The notes beneath the pieces were generated by a model that had not been told where the DNA came from, ran no database searches, and saw only the letters and a program-made list of their open reading frames with translations. The position numbers were made by a program, and so were the translations under genes. Shown one piece after another: positions 31,914 to 43,746 of a DNA stretch of 64,000 bases. Positions within the stretch are counted from its first letter, which is position 1; each line of letters opens with the position of its first letter. The stretch is from an uncultured Spirochaetota bacterium (GTDB taxonomy: Bacteria > Spirochaetota > Spirochaetia > SZUA-6 > CAVTHK01). The stretch spans positions 224,001 to 288,000 of the forward strand of contig CAVTHK010000003.1 of NCBI GenBank assembly GCA_963734495.1, written 5' to 3'.

Positions 31914-32682
31914 ATGCCGACCAGGGGGAAGCTGAGCAAGGCCGAGGTTCAGCTTGCCGTCGACAAGATCGTCAAGAAGTACGACGAGTACTCGACCCGG
32001 TTCTTCAAGCCGCAGACGCTGAAGCTCGCGTTCGAGGAGAGGTACTTCAGCGCGCTGGGAGGCGGGCTCGACATGCAGTCGTTCCTCGAAGCCGAGATCG
32101 AGGTGGTCGAGGAGCTGATCCGCAAGGCGGAGGCGCAGCTGCAGCAGAGCCAGAACGCCCGCGGGCGGCCGCGGCCCGACTTCGCGGACCGCGTCGTGCG
32201 GGAGCTGCGGGCGAAGACTGAAAAGTACGACGACGTCGCGTTCCACAAGCAGGCCAACCCGGAGATCCGGCGGCTCGTCGGGGCGGTGAGCCGGCTCGGA
32301 GAGGGAGTACATGACGCAGCTGCACGATGCGCTGCGCGACACTTCGTACAATTTCTCTTCGCGGGAGATGCTGGACCTCGACAGCCGGCTGCGCGACCTG
32401 ACGTCGCCGGGCGGCAAGGACGCGCCCCCCAGGCTGACGCGCTACGTCGGGCTGCTGAGCGCGTTCCCCCGCGACTACAACGCCGTGGACCGCGAGGAGA
32501 AGTCTTTTCTCGTGGATGCGGCGTACCTGCTGCACGACCTGCGCGGGGTCATCGAGCGCGCCCGAGAGTCGTACCGCGATCTCGACGGCGAGAACCAGGC
32601 CCGGCTGGATCGTGTCGACGGGTACCTGCTCGGCATCCTCGAGGACTTCCGGCTCAAGGATTTCCGCAGACCCGCTCCTTAG
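31914..32682 (+). CDS. Hypothetical protein (indel near 32300)
   Basis: Coding-like frames 31914 to about 32300 and 32311-32682 join; the stop overlaps the trxA RBS. Confidence 0.7.
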
Positions 32683-32690
32683 GAGGAACG

Positions 32691-33011
32691 ATGAGCATCG
32701 TCAAGGTCACGACCGATACGTTCAAGAGCGAAGTGCTCGATTCGGATCAGGTCGTGCTTGCAGACTTCTGGGCAGTCTGGTGCATGCCCTGCCGCATGAT
32801 GGAACCCGTCGTGGAGAAGCTCGCCCTGGCCCACGACGGCAAGCTCAAGGTCGTCAAGGTGAACGTCGACGAAGAGGAAGCCCTCGCCGGCAGATACACG
32901 ATTCAGAGCATCCCGACCTTTCTGGTCTTCCACAAGGGACAGCTCGTCAACCAGGTCATCGGAGCCGTGCCGCAGCGCACGCTGGAGCAGCTCATCAAGG
33001 ACTACGTATAG
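32691..33011 (+). CDS. trxA: Thioredoxin (WCMPC active site)
   Basis: DFWAVWCMPCRMMEP..KVNVDEE..IQSIPT; RBS AGGAGG. Confidence 0.93.
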   Translation: MSIVKVTTDTFKSEVLDSDQVVLADFWAVWCMPCRMMEPVVEKLALAHDGKLKVVKVNVDEEEALAGRYTIQSIPTFLVFHKGQLVNQVIGAVPQRTLEQLIKDYV

Positions 33012-33209
33012 GAAGCGGTCGGACTTTGCGCGGTCGGTTGCCCACGCGGCGCGGAGTGTCCGGCCGCGGCGGACCGCGGCCGATCCAGGACGGCGTCGGA
33101 CCTGAGGCGCGCGGACGCCGACAGCCGCTTGCGACGCGTCCGGGGCTGCTTGCGGGCGCGCCGGGGTCGAGGCGCACGGGGCTGCGTCCGGGCAGCGCCG
33201 CGGCTTGCC

Positions 33210-34224
33210 TCAGGGCGCATACTCCTCCTGCCTGTTCTCGCCGCCGAAGGTGGCCCCTCGCGTCGGCACGATGTACCAGTCCAGACGCGTGCCGGTGTCG
33301 ATTCCACGCCTGCGGCAGATGGATCGCGTGCTCGTGGACAGCTCCGGGATTGACGCCGTCCTCCGGTCGGACGGCCTCGCCTTCGGCCGACCAGCCGCCG
33401 GCCTCCGCGATTTCGAAGGCTCTCGCCATGGTCTCGGCGCTCCCGAACCCGGCGTACTCCGTGTCCGAAGCGGAGGTCCGGTTGCTGTAGAGGATCGCGT
33501 CGAGGACGCCGCCGCCGATCCGCGAGTATACGGACAGCACGCCGTTGTTGCCGTTGAGCCCGCTGGCCCCGCGGACCCAGAAGTCGTAGGCGGTCGCGGA
33601 CGCGTCCAGCCCGCCCGAGAGAGTCTTGCTCGTGGTCTCGTCGACTTCCTCCGGGAGGCCCTCCGGCTTGAAATGAGCGAGGACGAAGTCGCCCGCCTCC
33701 ACCCGGAATGCGGGAAACACGATCCGGTCCGTCCAGCTGCCCGCGGTGCCGTTGCAGAGGACGACTCCGCCCATGTCGCCCGCTGATTCGAGGCGCAGCT
33801 CCACGATATCGGGGTGCGTGCTGCTGCCCCTGACGGTGAGCTCGTTGATGAGCAGCGAAGGCACATCGGCGTTGAAGCCGTACAGAGGCACGACGATGGC
33901 GGCGGTGTTGCCGCGGGCATCCGCGACGGTCAACTCGACGAGGTACGGGGCGCCGGGAGTCTGGACGCCGGTGTCGAGGAGCAGGCAGTCGCCCTCCGGC
34001 TGCGCCCGCGACAGCGAGAGCGGCGGGTCGCTCGCAAACGAGCCGGCGACGAGGGTCACCGGCTCGGAGAAGCGCATCTCCGCGCTCCCCGGGGCCGTGC
34101 ACGCCGCGGCCAGGAGCACGGGCGGGGTCAGGTCGATGTCCGCGGCGGCCCTTCCGTCGGCCTCCGGGCCGCAGGCCCCGAGGATCAGGCCGGCGCAGAG
34201 CGCCCACGCGCTCATTCTCTTCAT
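33210..34224 (-). CDS. Lipoprotein with Ig-like and lamin-tail-like domains (indel near 33345)
   Basis: Lipobox LILGAC; LLINEL..DIVEL; C-terminal ATFGGEN, resembling the LTD TPGxxN motif; RBS GAGGAGG. Confidence 0.7.
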
Positions 34225-34459
34225 GCTGCCTCCTCGCTTGATGTCTACTTCGTTCAACGCGAGGGCGGATCGTGCGCATTGGGTCCGCCGGCCGTGCCCG
34301 GCCGCGACAAAGGCGCCGCGCGGCGGTCTTTACTCTTGCGGGCGCTTGCCCGTATGATGAAAGCGCGCGGGAAGACCGCGCGGAAGAAGCGCGGCGGGCC
34401 GCGTCCGGGGCGCGGCGGACGTGCAAGAGCGCGCGGGAAGACCGCGCTAGGGGCACGCG

Positions 34460-35073
34460 ATGGCTGAAGAGACGATCCTCTACCAGAAGTTCGGCCGGAC
34501 GGTAAAGCCCGGAGAGAACGTCTTCTCCGAGGGCGATACCGGCGACCAGATGTTCATCATCCAGGAAGGCAGGGTCAAGGTCACCAAGAACCTGAGCGGC
34601 CGCGAGCACGTCCTTTCGACGCTGGGCAAAGGGCGATTTCTTCGGCGAGATGGCGATCGTCAACAACGTCCGGCGGACCGCGACGGTGACGGCGCTGACG
34701 GAGGTGCACCTGCTCGCGTTCAACCGCGAAGGGTTCCTCAGCATGGTGACGAAGAACGCCAAGATCGCGCTCAACATCATCGACAAGCTCTGCAGGCGCC
34801 TGCAGAACATGAACACGCAGATCCAGCACCTGCTCAAGCACAACTCGCGCGGCCTGGTCGCGCTCAACCTCAACTACGCTTTCCGCGGCGCCGAAGGCGG
34901 CGTCATCCGCACCGACCGCGCGATCGAGGAGATCGCCGTGAACCTGCAGATCTCGATCGACGACGTGCAAGGCGGTCGTCGACAAGCTCGCGGCCGATGG
35001 CGTGATCGCGACGCAGGGCAACCAGATCCTGCTGGTCGATCCCGCGAAGCTGCTCGCCGAGGCGGAAAAGTAG
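34460..35073 (+). CDS. Crp/Fnr-family cyclic-nucleotide-binding regulator (indels near 34630 and 34968)
   Basis: VFSEGDTGDQMFIIQEGRVKV..GDFFGEMAIVNNVRRTATV; short C-terminal HTH-like region. Confidence 0.85.
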
Positions 35074-35080
35074 GCGGGTT

Positions 35081-35660
35081 TCAGCCCCGGTCTTGGGGGC
35101 CGCTTCCGCAGGCGGTGCCGCGGGTGCAGGCGGGCGAGCCGCGGGCGCAGGCGGTGCCGTGGTGCAGGCGCAGGCGGTGCCGCTGGTGCAGGCGCAGGCG
35201 GTGCCGCGGTGCAGGCGCAGGCGCGGGTGCAGGTGCAGGCGCCGCCGCGAGCGCGGCCGGTGCCGGCTTGCGGTTCTTCAGGATAATGCCCCTGACCTTC
35301 TCTGCGAGCACGCGCGGCCCGCGGAGGGAGCGGGGGCGCGTCCGCGGGCTGGTTTTCGTAACGGGCCAGCAGCTGGTCGAACAGCTCGATCGCCTTGTCG
35401 TCGTCACCGAGCTTGTGATGGAGAAGGGCGATCTCGTACGACGCCCAGATGTTGCGCGCCGCGTCGTTGGGGAACTTGGCCTGGAACGCCTCGTAGTATC
35501 GCAGCGCGAGGCGGTAGTTGTCCTTGTCGGACGCTTCGATCGCGCGCTGGAAGTACTGGTCCGGCGTGAGATCCTGCGCGAGCGGATCGACAGTGCTGCG
35601 ACAGCCTGCTGCCGCGACCAGAGCGAGAACGACCGCGATCCAGGCAGCAGGGCGCGTCAT
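35081..35660 (-). CDS. TPR lipoprotein (BamD-like) with a Pro/Ala-repeat tail (indels near 35330 and in the tail)
   Basis: Lipobox AAAGC; YFQRAIEASDKDNYRLALRYYEAFQAKFP..WASYEIALLH; PAPAP repeats. Confidence 0.75.
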
Positions 35661-35972
35661 CAGTAGCTGTAGGCCTCGTCTTTGATCGGGAGGTTCTTCT
35701 TGAGCTCCCGCAGGTACTCCCGCGAGTCGCCCATCGGTTCGTAGCGCTCGCATTCGTCGATGGCGCGCCGTACGACCGTGAAGTACTTGTAGAGCTTCTC
35801 CGTGCCCAGGCGCTTTCGCCACTTGCCGGCGATGCACCGCACGCGCAGGTTGTACTGGCCGCTGCTCGCGGCGGGCACACGCACCAGCTTGCAGCTTCTG
35901 ACAATTCGCGCAGTAGATCTTGCCCCTGCGAGGATCACTGCCGTCGAGCACTTCGCGCACCGCGTCGGACAT
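35660..35972 (-). CDS. Small Cys-rich hypothetical protein, putative metal-binding (indel near 35895)
   Basis: KIYCANC..CKL..RVRCIAGKW..C; RBS GGAGG; TGATG overlap with the next gene. Confidence 0.7.
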
Positions 35973-36083
35973 CCGTGATGCCTCCGCTATCCTATGCCGG
36001 CATACTACAATAATCGTCCGAGCGCGGTCAATAGTTGAAGGCCTGCGCCCGCCGCGCCGCGTCGCGCGCCTGCGGCACGCGCA

Positions 36084-37284
36084 CTACCGCGCGAACGGCG
36101 CCGTGAGCATGTCCATGATCTGCGCCGCTCGCGGCCAGGGGACGTCCCTTGAGCGCCTTCCTTCTCGGAGAAGCCGGCCGCACGCGTCGGGCTCGACGTC
36201 CGTTCCGGCCAGCGCGAACGGGCACGGCGTCCCGCGTGTGGGTCTTCACGTAGCAGGGCGTCGGGTGGTCGGGCATCACGAGGATGCGCCACTGCGCGTA
36301 CCGGCGCGAGCGCGTCGAGCAGCGGCGCGACGATGGCGCGGTCGATCTCCTCGAGGCTGCGCACCTTCTCCTGCCATTCCCCGCGGTGGCCTGCTTCGTC
36401 CGGCGCCTCGATGTGCACGCAGACGAGGTCGTGGTCGGCGAGAGCCGCCACGCCCGCGGCGCCCTTGCCGCGGAAGTTGGTGTCCGTGTTCCCGGTGGCG
36501 CCCGTCCACCTCGATCGTCGGCCAGCCGATGAGGCTGCCGAGGCCGCGCGCGAGGTCCACGGCGCAGACCATGGCGCCGCGCAGGCCCCGCCGCCGTGCC
36601 GCGAACGGCTCGAGGCGGGCCGGCTTGCCCTGGCCCCAGAGCCAGATCGACGACACGCCTCGGCGGGCGCCGCGCCGCGGAAGAGGTCGCGGCTGCGCTC
36701 GATCATCGCCACAAGCGGCTCCGAGCCCTCGCCCGCGGGCAGATGGCGGGCGAAGGGCTGCCCGAGGATGTCGTGAGGGGCAGTGGTGCGCACGCCCGAG
36801 GCGTCGTGCGACCATACCATGAGGTTGCGGTAGCTCACCCCGGAGTAGAAGCGCGCCTCGGGCACTCCCATCTCGCGGTTGAGCGCATCCACGAGGCCGG
36901 CCGCGTCGCGCGCTGGAGACCCCCCCGCCGGAGTGGTCCTTCATCAGGTCGCCGTCGAGGGTCACGAGGTTGCAGCGGAAGACCCAGTCGCCGTCGGCGA
37001 CGGGTACGCCGCGGGCCGCCGCCTCGATGGGCGCCCGTCCCGTGTGGTCCCGCTCGGGGTCGTAGCCGAGGACCGACATGATGGCCACGTCGCTCCCGGC
37101 CTCCATGCTGTCGGGAATGCAGTGGACGGTCCCGCTGCGGCCCCGTCGGACGATGCCGTCCATGGCCGGGATGTCCGCCGCCTCCAGGGGTGTGCGGCCT
37201 GCCGAGCTCGCGCATCGGCAGGTCCGCCGCCCCGTCGATGATGACGAGGGCCATCTTGGCCTCAGAGCTCTTCGGGGTGCTCAT
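36084..37284 (-). CDS. apgM: Cofactor-independent phosphoglycerate mutase family protein, hom-linked (proposed homoserine kinase type); several indels
   Basis: IIDGAAD..TPLE, AGSDVAIMSVLGYDP..GRAPIEAAA, FRCNLVT, WLWGQG, HIEAPDEAGH, MPDHPTP. Confidence 0.85.
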
Positions 37285-38580
37285 CAACGATCTCGATCCA
37301 GGTCGTCGGTGCCCTTGACGACCGGAAGCCGGTCGATCGACGCGAGGGCGTCGCGCAGCCTTCCCTCGCTGGCCCTGTACGTCGTGATCACGACCGGGAC
37401 CCCCTCCGACGGCTGGCGCACCATCCGGCAGCTCCTTCTGCAGCACCGAGCTGATGCTGATCTCGTTGTCGCCGAGCCGCGAGGCGATCTGGGCGAGGAC
37501 GCCAGGGGAATCCTCGCACATCACGCGGAGGTAGTAGCGGCTCTGGTTCGACGCCTGGTCGAGCGGTCGCGCCGTCGGCGCCCGGTCCGGCCACAGGAAG
37601 GTCGCGAAGAACGGCTGCGCCGTCCCCGCCGCGATGGCGTGGATGTCGGCGACGACGGCCGAGGCCGTCGGCCGCCCGCCCGCGCCCCGGCCGTAGTACA
37701 TCGTGTGGCCCGTGGCGTGCCCGTACACGCTGATCGCGTTGAACGGCCCGGACACCCACGCGAGGGGGTGCTCCTTGGAGATGAAGGCGGGCCTCACGTA
37801 GAGATTCACCCCGTCGCGGCGCTGTTTCGCGACCGCCAGCAGCTTGACGACGAAGCCCAGCTCCTGGCCGTAAGCCACGTCGCGTGCCTGGAGCGTGTCG
37901 ATGCCGGAGACGGGGATGGAATCGAAGACGATCCGCTCGCCGAACGCCAGGGCGGAGAGGATCGCGAGCTTGTGCGCCGTGTCGGTGCCGCTCACGTCGA
38001 GGGTCGGGTCGGCCTCGGCGAGGCCCGCCGCCTGCGCCTCGGCGAGCGCCTCGCGGTAGCCCTTGCCCTCGCGCGTCATCTCGGTGAGGATGTAGTTGCA
38101 GGTCCCGTTGAGGATCCCGTAGAGCGCCGTGATGCGGTTCGCGATGAGGCCCTGGGTCACGGCCGCCACCACCGGGATCCCGCCGCCGCAGCTCGCCTCG
38201 AAGCCCATGCTGACGCCGTGCTTGCGGGCGAGCGACAGCAGCTCGTTTCCGTGGTGCGCGAGCAGCGCCTTGTTGGCCGTGACGACGTGCTTGCCCGCGC
38301 GCAGCGCCCGCTCGATGATGTCCCTGGCCGCGGTCAGGCCGCCGACCAGCTCGACCACCACCTGGATCGAAGGATCGGACAGCACCTTGTCGTAGTCGCC
38401 GCAGAACAGCTCCTCGGGCAAGCCGTTGGCGCGCGCGTTGGCAAAGTCGCGGTCGACGATGTACTTGAGCTCTATGCGGCTGTCTGTGCGCGCCGCGACG
38501 ACGGCGCGTTCCTGCGTGAGAAGCCTTGCTGTGGCTGCGCCCACTGTGCCGCAGCCGACGAGGGCGACATTCGTGTTCAA
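37262..38580 (-). CDS. hom: Homoserine dehydrogenase with C-terminal ACT domain (indels near 37400 and 37300)
   Basis: VALVGCGTVG, VVTANKALLA, FEASCGGGIP, GILNGTCNYILT, AEADPTLDVSG, YGRGAGG. Confidence 0.95.
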
Positions 38581-38754
38581 AAGAGGTTCTCCGAGCGCAG
38601 AGATCGTCCCGATCGTATCGGCCCGGGCAGCGTGTGTCAAGGACGCCGCCCGACGGCCGCGGCGGGCGGGACGGCGCGCCGAGGCACCGCGTGACGCAAA
38701 TCCGGCGGCGGGGTGATACAATAGGCGACAAGACCCGCGCAAGGACAAACACCG

Positions 38755-39824
38755 ATGAGAAAGGCCCTGTTCCTGCCTGATCCTGCTCGCATCCTGCGCC
38801 CTCGCCTTCGCGGAGCAGGTCGGCGAGATCCTCTTTGTGGACGGCGACGTCGACTCCTGCGCAACGAGCAGACGCTCACCGGGGCCGAGCTCGACATCGG
38901 CGGCGCCGATCGAGAACCTGGACCGCTTGCGCACCGGTGATGGACGGCCAGGTGACGATCGCGATCACGGCGTCGTACGGGGCGCCGGCGGAGATCCGCA
39001 TCGCCCCGCGAACGACCTTCTACGTCGAGATCGAGCAGACGGAGCGCCGCAGCACGACCACGCTCGGTCTCATGACCGGATCGATCGGACTCAAGGTGCA
39101 GAAGCTCAGCGGCAACCGCGACCTCGCGGTGCGGACGGACACCACGGTGATGGGCGTGCGGGGCACGACGTTCGACGTCAGCACCTCGCCCGCGGGCGAC
39201 GTGCTCGTGAGCACCCAGGAGGGGTCGGTCGCCTGCTCGGACTCCGAGAAGGGCGGCGAGATCGTCGCCGAGCCGGGGCAGGTCGTCGAGAGGCGCGTCG
39301 ACGACGGCACCTTCCGCTCGATCCCGGTCGCCGTCTCGAGCCTCGAGCAGTTCCGCCGCGACTGGATCGCCGAGCGCATCGCGGTGTTCCGCAGCAACGC
39401 CCTCCGCGTGACGCGGTCCTACGCGCAGCGCTACGACCAGCTGGTCGGCGAGTTCAACGATGCCTACGGCGACCTGATGCGCAACGGCGAGATCCTGGCC
39501 AAGTGGGTCCGGGAGGACAGGCAGGGCGGGATCGGCAGCCGTCTCGAGATCATGCGCGAGAAGCGGGCCGTCGTCGGCTCCCTGTTCCGGCTGCGCAGGA
39601 CGCTCTTCGTGTTCGAGCGCGTCTATTTCAGGCTCGCCGAGCTCGAGGGCTACTACAATGAGGGCGTCGGCCGCGGCGACCTGCGCCCCGGCCTGTCGGC
39701 AGCCCAGTTCTGGGCGCGCGTCGCGTCCGACCGCAGGGACCTCGCGGCGAAGATGGCGCGGGTCCGCTACGTGATCAAGCTCTACGCGAAGCGCAACGAC
39801 GGCCAGTTCCCCGGCGAGTCCTGA
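38755..39824 (+). CDS. Exported FecR-domain protein with helical C-terminus (indels near 38775 and 38935)
   Basis: MRKALFL signal peptide; VRTDTTVMGVRGTTFDV..VSTQEGSV FecR signature. Confidence 0.8.
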
Positions 39825-39911
39825 CCGGGTCGCTCGGGCCGGGACCGGTTCCGGAAACGGGACGGGAGCGCGGCGCATTTCGGCTATCGGGGCGGACCCG
39901 ACGGAGGCAAC

Positions 39912-39946
39912 AAAAAGAGACCGGCTCGCGCCGGTCTCTTTCTTTT
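39912..39946. terminator. Bidirectional intrinsic terminator between convergent genes
   Basis: AAAAAGAGACCGG-ctcgcg-CCGGTCTCTTTCTTTT. Confidence 0.8.
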
Positions 39947-40045
39947 CGGTTTTGGAGGCTCCGCGGTCCAGGAGCCTGTCGGACTTTCGGCAGGCCGTCG
40001 CTCGCGCCCCTGCCGGTTGTCTGGCCGCGGCGGACCGCGGCCGGC

Positions 40046-41143
<1,098 letters not shown>

Positions 41144-41379
41144 GCAGCTACCTCCAGGCGCTGAGCGAGATTATTCTATGGTTCCGGTAGTGTAACTCGT
41201 CGATGTCGCGTTGTCAAACGATATTTGCGCATCCGGAGCCTCCGGAGGCCTCCTGACGCGTCTAGGACGGGCCGCGGAAGCCCCTCGAGACCGGCCTCAC
41301 GGCACCCGCAGGCCGGGGGATGCGGCCACGAGCTGCCCGGGCGCGGCGCCAAAGGCGTCCTGATCCGTTGCGCCCGCGA

Positions 41380-42600
41380 TCATCTGAACCCGGCGGCCTC
41401 GAGCTTCTTGCGGAGCGGGGTCTGGGCGCTTCCGGCCAGCACCGCCTCTCGCAGCCACGGAAGGACCACCCCGTCCCGGACCGTGCCCCAGCCGGCCGGA
41501 AGCGGCTCCGGCGCGAGGAGCATGTCTCTGGGCGGGATGTGGCCGACGAACACAGGGTAGTGGTGCGGCTGCGGCAGGTCGTTCTCGGCCACGGCCACGA
41601 GCGCCGGCAGCCCGTCGGCCACGCCGAAGACGCCGGGCAGGCGCTTGAAGTGGTTGGTCTCCATCAGCCGGATCTGAGTCTGAGGCTGGAACAGCCAGAG
41701 GAGAAAACGCCGGGCGCCCCGGGGATTGCGCGAACCTCTGAGGGAACCGGCGTGGAGGACCTCGCTCACGGGGATCCGGTCCTTCTCGCCGAGCCAGCGG
41801 AAGTCCAGGTTCTGCCGCTTCTCCGGGGGGATGGCGAGGAACTCGCGCGAGTCCGACAGGTAGAACAGGATCCGGCTGTCCTCGATCAGCCGGTAGTAGG
41901 GGACGTGCAGGTACTTGGAATCGAAATCCCGCAGGTCGTCCGTGTTCAGGCTCTTTGACCAGTCCCGGAAACGATTCAGCGTCCCCTCGAGCACGGAGTC
42001 GTCCCACTGCACGCTGCGGCCGTCGCTCGAGCGGAAAGCGACTCCGTCGAGGGCAGCCGTGTAGTAGACGAACGCAGGCCGCCACGCCGGCGAAAAGCCG
42101 ACCTTGCGGGCGATCCGGCTCTTCTGCGCATCGAACTCGGCCGCCTTGGCGCGTATGTACTCCGGCGTGACGTAGCTTGCCGGAGCCTCTTCGGCGAGCG
42201 CCGCGGGCTTGAACACCACCATCGGCAGATTGAAGGAAACCGGCAGAAGGTACTGGTTGTTGTCCTGGCGGCCGGTCTCCAGCAGCGCCTTGTAGAACGA
42301 CCGCGGGTCCAGCCTGCCCTTGCCGAACAGGTCTCCGACCGATCGGAAGTGCTCCCGCATGTCGGGGCCGGCCATTCCCGCGGCCACCACGACGTCCGCC
42401 CCCGTGCCTCCCTTGCGCACCGCGGCCGCGGGGTCCGGCCGGTAAACGAGCTCCACCTTGACGTCGCGCTGCGCGGCGTTGAACACCTCCACGTAAGCTG
42501 CCATCTCGCTCCTGTCGGTCAGCAGGTAGACGGTGAAGGCAGACCTCTGTGAGCACCCGGCGACGAGCACGGCGAAGAACAAGGGGAAGGCGACTCTCAT
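41380..42600 (-). CDS. Lipoprotein, divergent sugar ABC substrate-binding-protein-like
   Basis: Lipobox LVAGC; FNAAQRDVKVEL, YLLPVSFN, ARRFLLWL..TQ; upstream of the MalK-type ATPase. Confidence 0.7.
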   Translation of the reverse strand: MRVAFPLFFAVLVAGCSQRSAFTVYLLTDRSEMAAYVEVFNAAQRDVKVELVYRPDPAAAVRKGGTGADVVVAAGMAGPDMREHFRSVGDLFGKGRLDPRSFYKALLETGRQDNNQYLLPVSFNLPMVVFKPAALAEEAPASYVTPEYIRAKAAEFDAQKSRIARKVGFSPAWRPAFVYYTAALDGVAFRSSDGRSVQWDDSVLEGTLNRFRDWSKSLNTDDLRDFDSKYLHVPYYRLIEDSRILFYLSDSREFLAIPPEKRQNLDFRWLGEKDRIPVSEVLHAGSLRGSRNPRGARRFLLWLFQPQTQIRLMETNHFKRLPGVFGVADGLPALVAVAENDLPQPHHYPVFVGHIPPRDMLLAPEPLPAGWGTVRDGVVLPWLREAVLAGSAQTPLRKKLEAAGFR

Positions 42601-42706
42601 ACGGTGCGCCGACTCTAGGGAAGGTGTCCCGCCTTGTCAAGAAACGACCCTGCCGGCGCCTGCCGGCGTGTTGAGCAAGCGGAGCGAAAGCGTCAGACTC
42701 TCCGGC

Positions 42707-43684
42707 ATGCCGGCCACGGAGCGCTACTCCTCCTATGCCGCCTACCTCCGGCGCCGCTACGGGGAGCCGGTCCACCGCGTCGCGGTGGACGCCGGGTTCT
42801 CATGCCCGCACAGGAGCGCGGACCGGCGCTCCGGGGGCTGCACGTTCTGCGGAGAGAGCGGCTCGCGAGCTCCCTACCTCGGCCCCGCGGACCGCAGCCC
42901 CGGCCCGGCCGGCTCGCCGACGGCCCTCGAGTCCCTCCGCGCGCAGATAGCGCGCGGAACGGCATTTCTGGAGCACCGCTACGGCGCGCGAGCCTTCATT
43001 CTCTATTTCCAGGCGTTCTCGAACACGTTCGCGCCCCTCGCGGCCCTGCGGGCGACCTACGACGCGGGCCTCGCCGCGGCGCCGTTCCGCGGCCTCGTGG
43101 TGTCCACCAGGCCCGACTGCGTGGACGCCGAGCGGGCGGCCCTGCTCGCGGGCTACCAGGGACCCGAGCGGGAGGTGTGGGTCGAGCTCGGGCTGCAGTC
43201 GGCCTGCGAGCGGACGCTGCGCCGGATCCGCCGCGGCCACGGGGCGGCCGCTTTCGAGCGCGCGTTTGCCCTGCTGCGCGAGCGCGGCCTGCGGGTGACG
43301 CCGCACCTGATCTTCGGGCTCCCGGGGGAGGGGTGGGAGGAGATCGAGGCGACGATCGACCTCGTCGCCCGCCTCGCTCCAGACGGCGTGAAGATCCACA
43401 ACCTCCACGTCCCCGTCGGGACTCCGCTCGCGGGCGAAGCGCGCGCGGGCGAGCTCGCGGTCCTGTCCGCCGAGAGGCACCTGGATTACGTGATCCGCGC
43501 GCTCGAGCGGCTGCCCCGGTCGACCGTGGTGGTGCGGCTCACCTGCGACACGCAGGCGGACCGGCTGGCGCTTCCCCGGCGCTTCCTCGACAAGGCGGCG
43601 TTCAGGCGCCTGTTGCTCGCGGAGATGGCCGCGCGCGACACCTGGCAGGGGCGGCTGCGGGGCGAGCCGCGGCCCGAGGGCTGA
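42707..43684 (+). CDS. Radical SAM protein, YhcC/YtqA (TIGR01212-type)
   Basis: DAGFSCPHR..GGCTFC, YFQAFSNT, TRPDC, VELGLQS, HLIFGLPGE, GVKIHNLH. Confidence 0.92.
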   Translation: MPATERYSSYAAYLRRRYGEPVHRVAVDAGFSCPHRSADRRSGGCTFCGESGSRAPYLGPADRSPGPAGSPTALESLRAQIARGTAFLEHRYGARAFILYFQAFSNTFAPLAALRATYDAGLAAAPFRGLVVSTRPDCVDAERAALLAGYQGPEREVWVELGLQSACERTLRRIRRGHGAAAFERAFALLRERGLRVTPHLIFGLPGEGWEEIEATIDLVARLAPDGVKIHNLHVPVGTPLAGEARAGELAVLSAERHLDYVIRALERLPRSTVVVRLTCDTQADRLALPRRFLDKAAFRRLLLAEMAARDTWQGRLRGEPRPEG

Positions 43685-43746
43685 CGGCGCCTGTACAGGG
43701 CGGCGGGCGCTCGTGTATCCTCGGGCGAAAACAAGGAGCAGGCAGG

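Noticed and set aside
31914-33011. Apparent 365-aa fusion of a hypothetical protein to thioredoxin
   Set aside because: It is caused by an indel near 32300; trxA has its own AGGAGG and ATG at 32691.
31261-34260. Shared CGTTGAAC about 30 nt upstream of ssb and the lamin-tail lipoprotein as an alternative-sigma promoter
   Set aside because: There are only two instances and the matching -35 regions do not agree, which is too weak without a genome-wide scan.
35090-35260. ~24-bp GCAGGCGGTGCC repeats as a separate element
   Set aside because: They encode the Pro/Ala-rich tail of the TPR lipoprotein.
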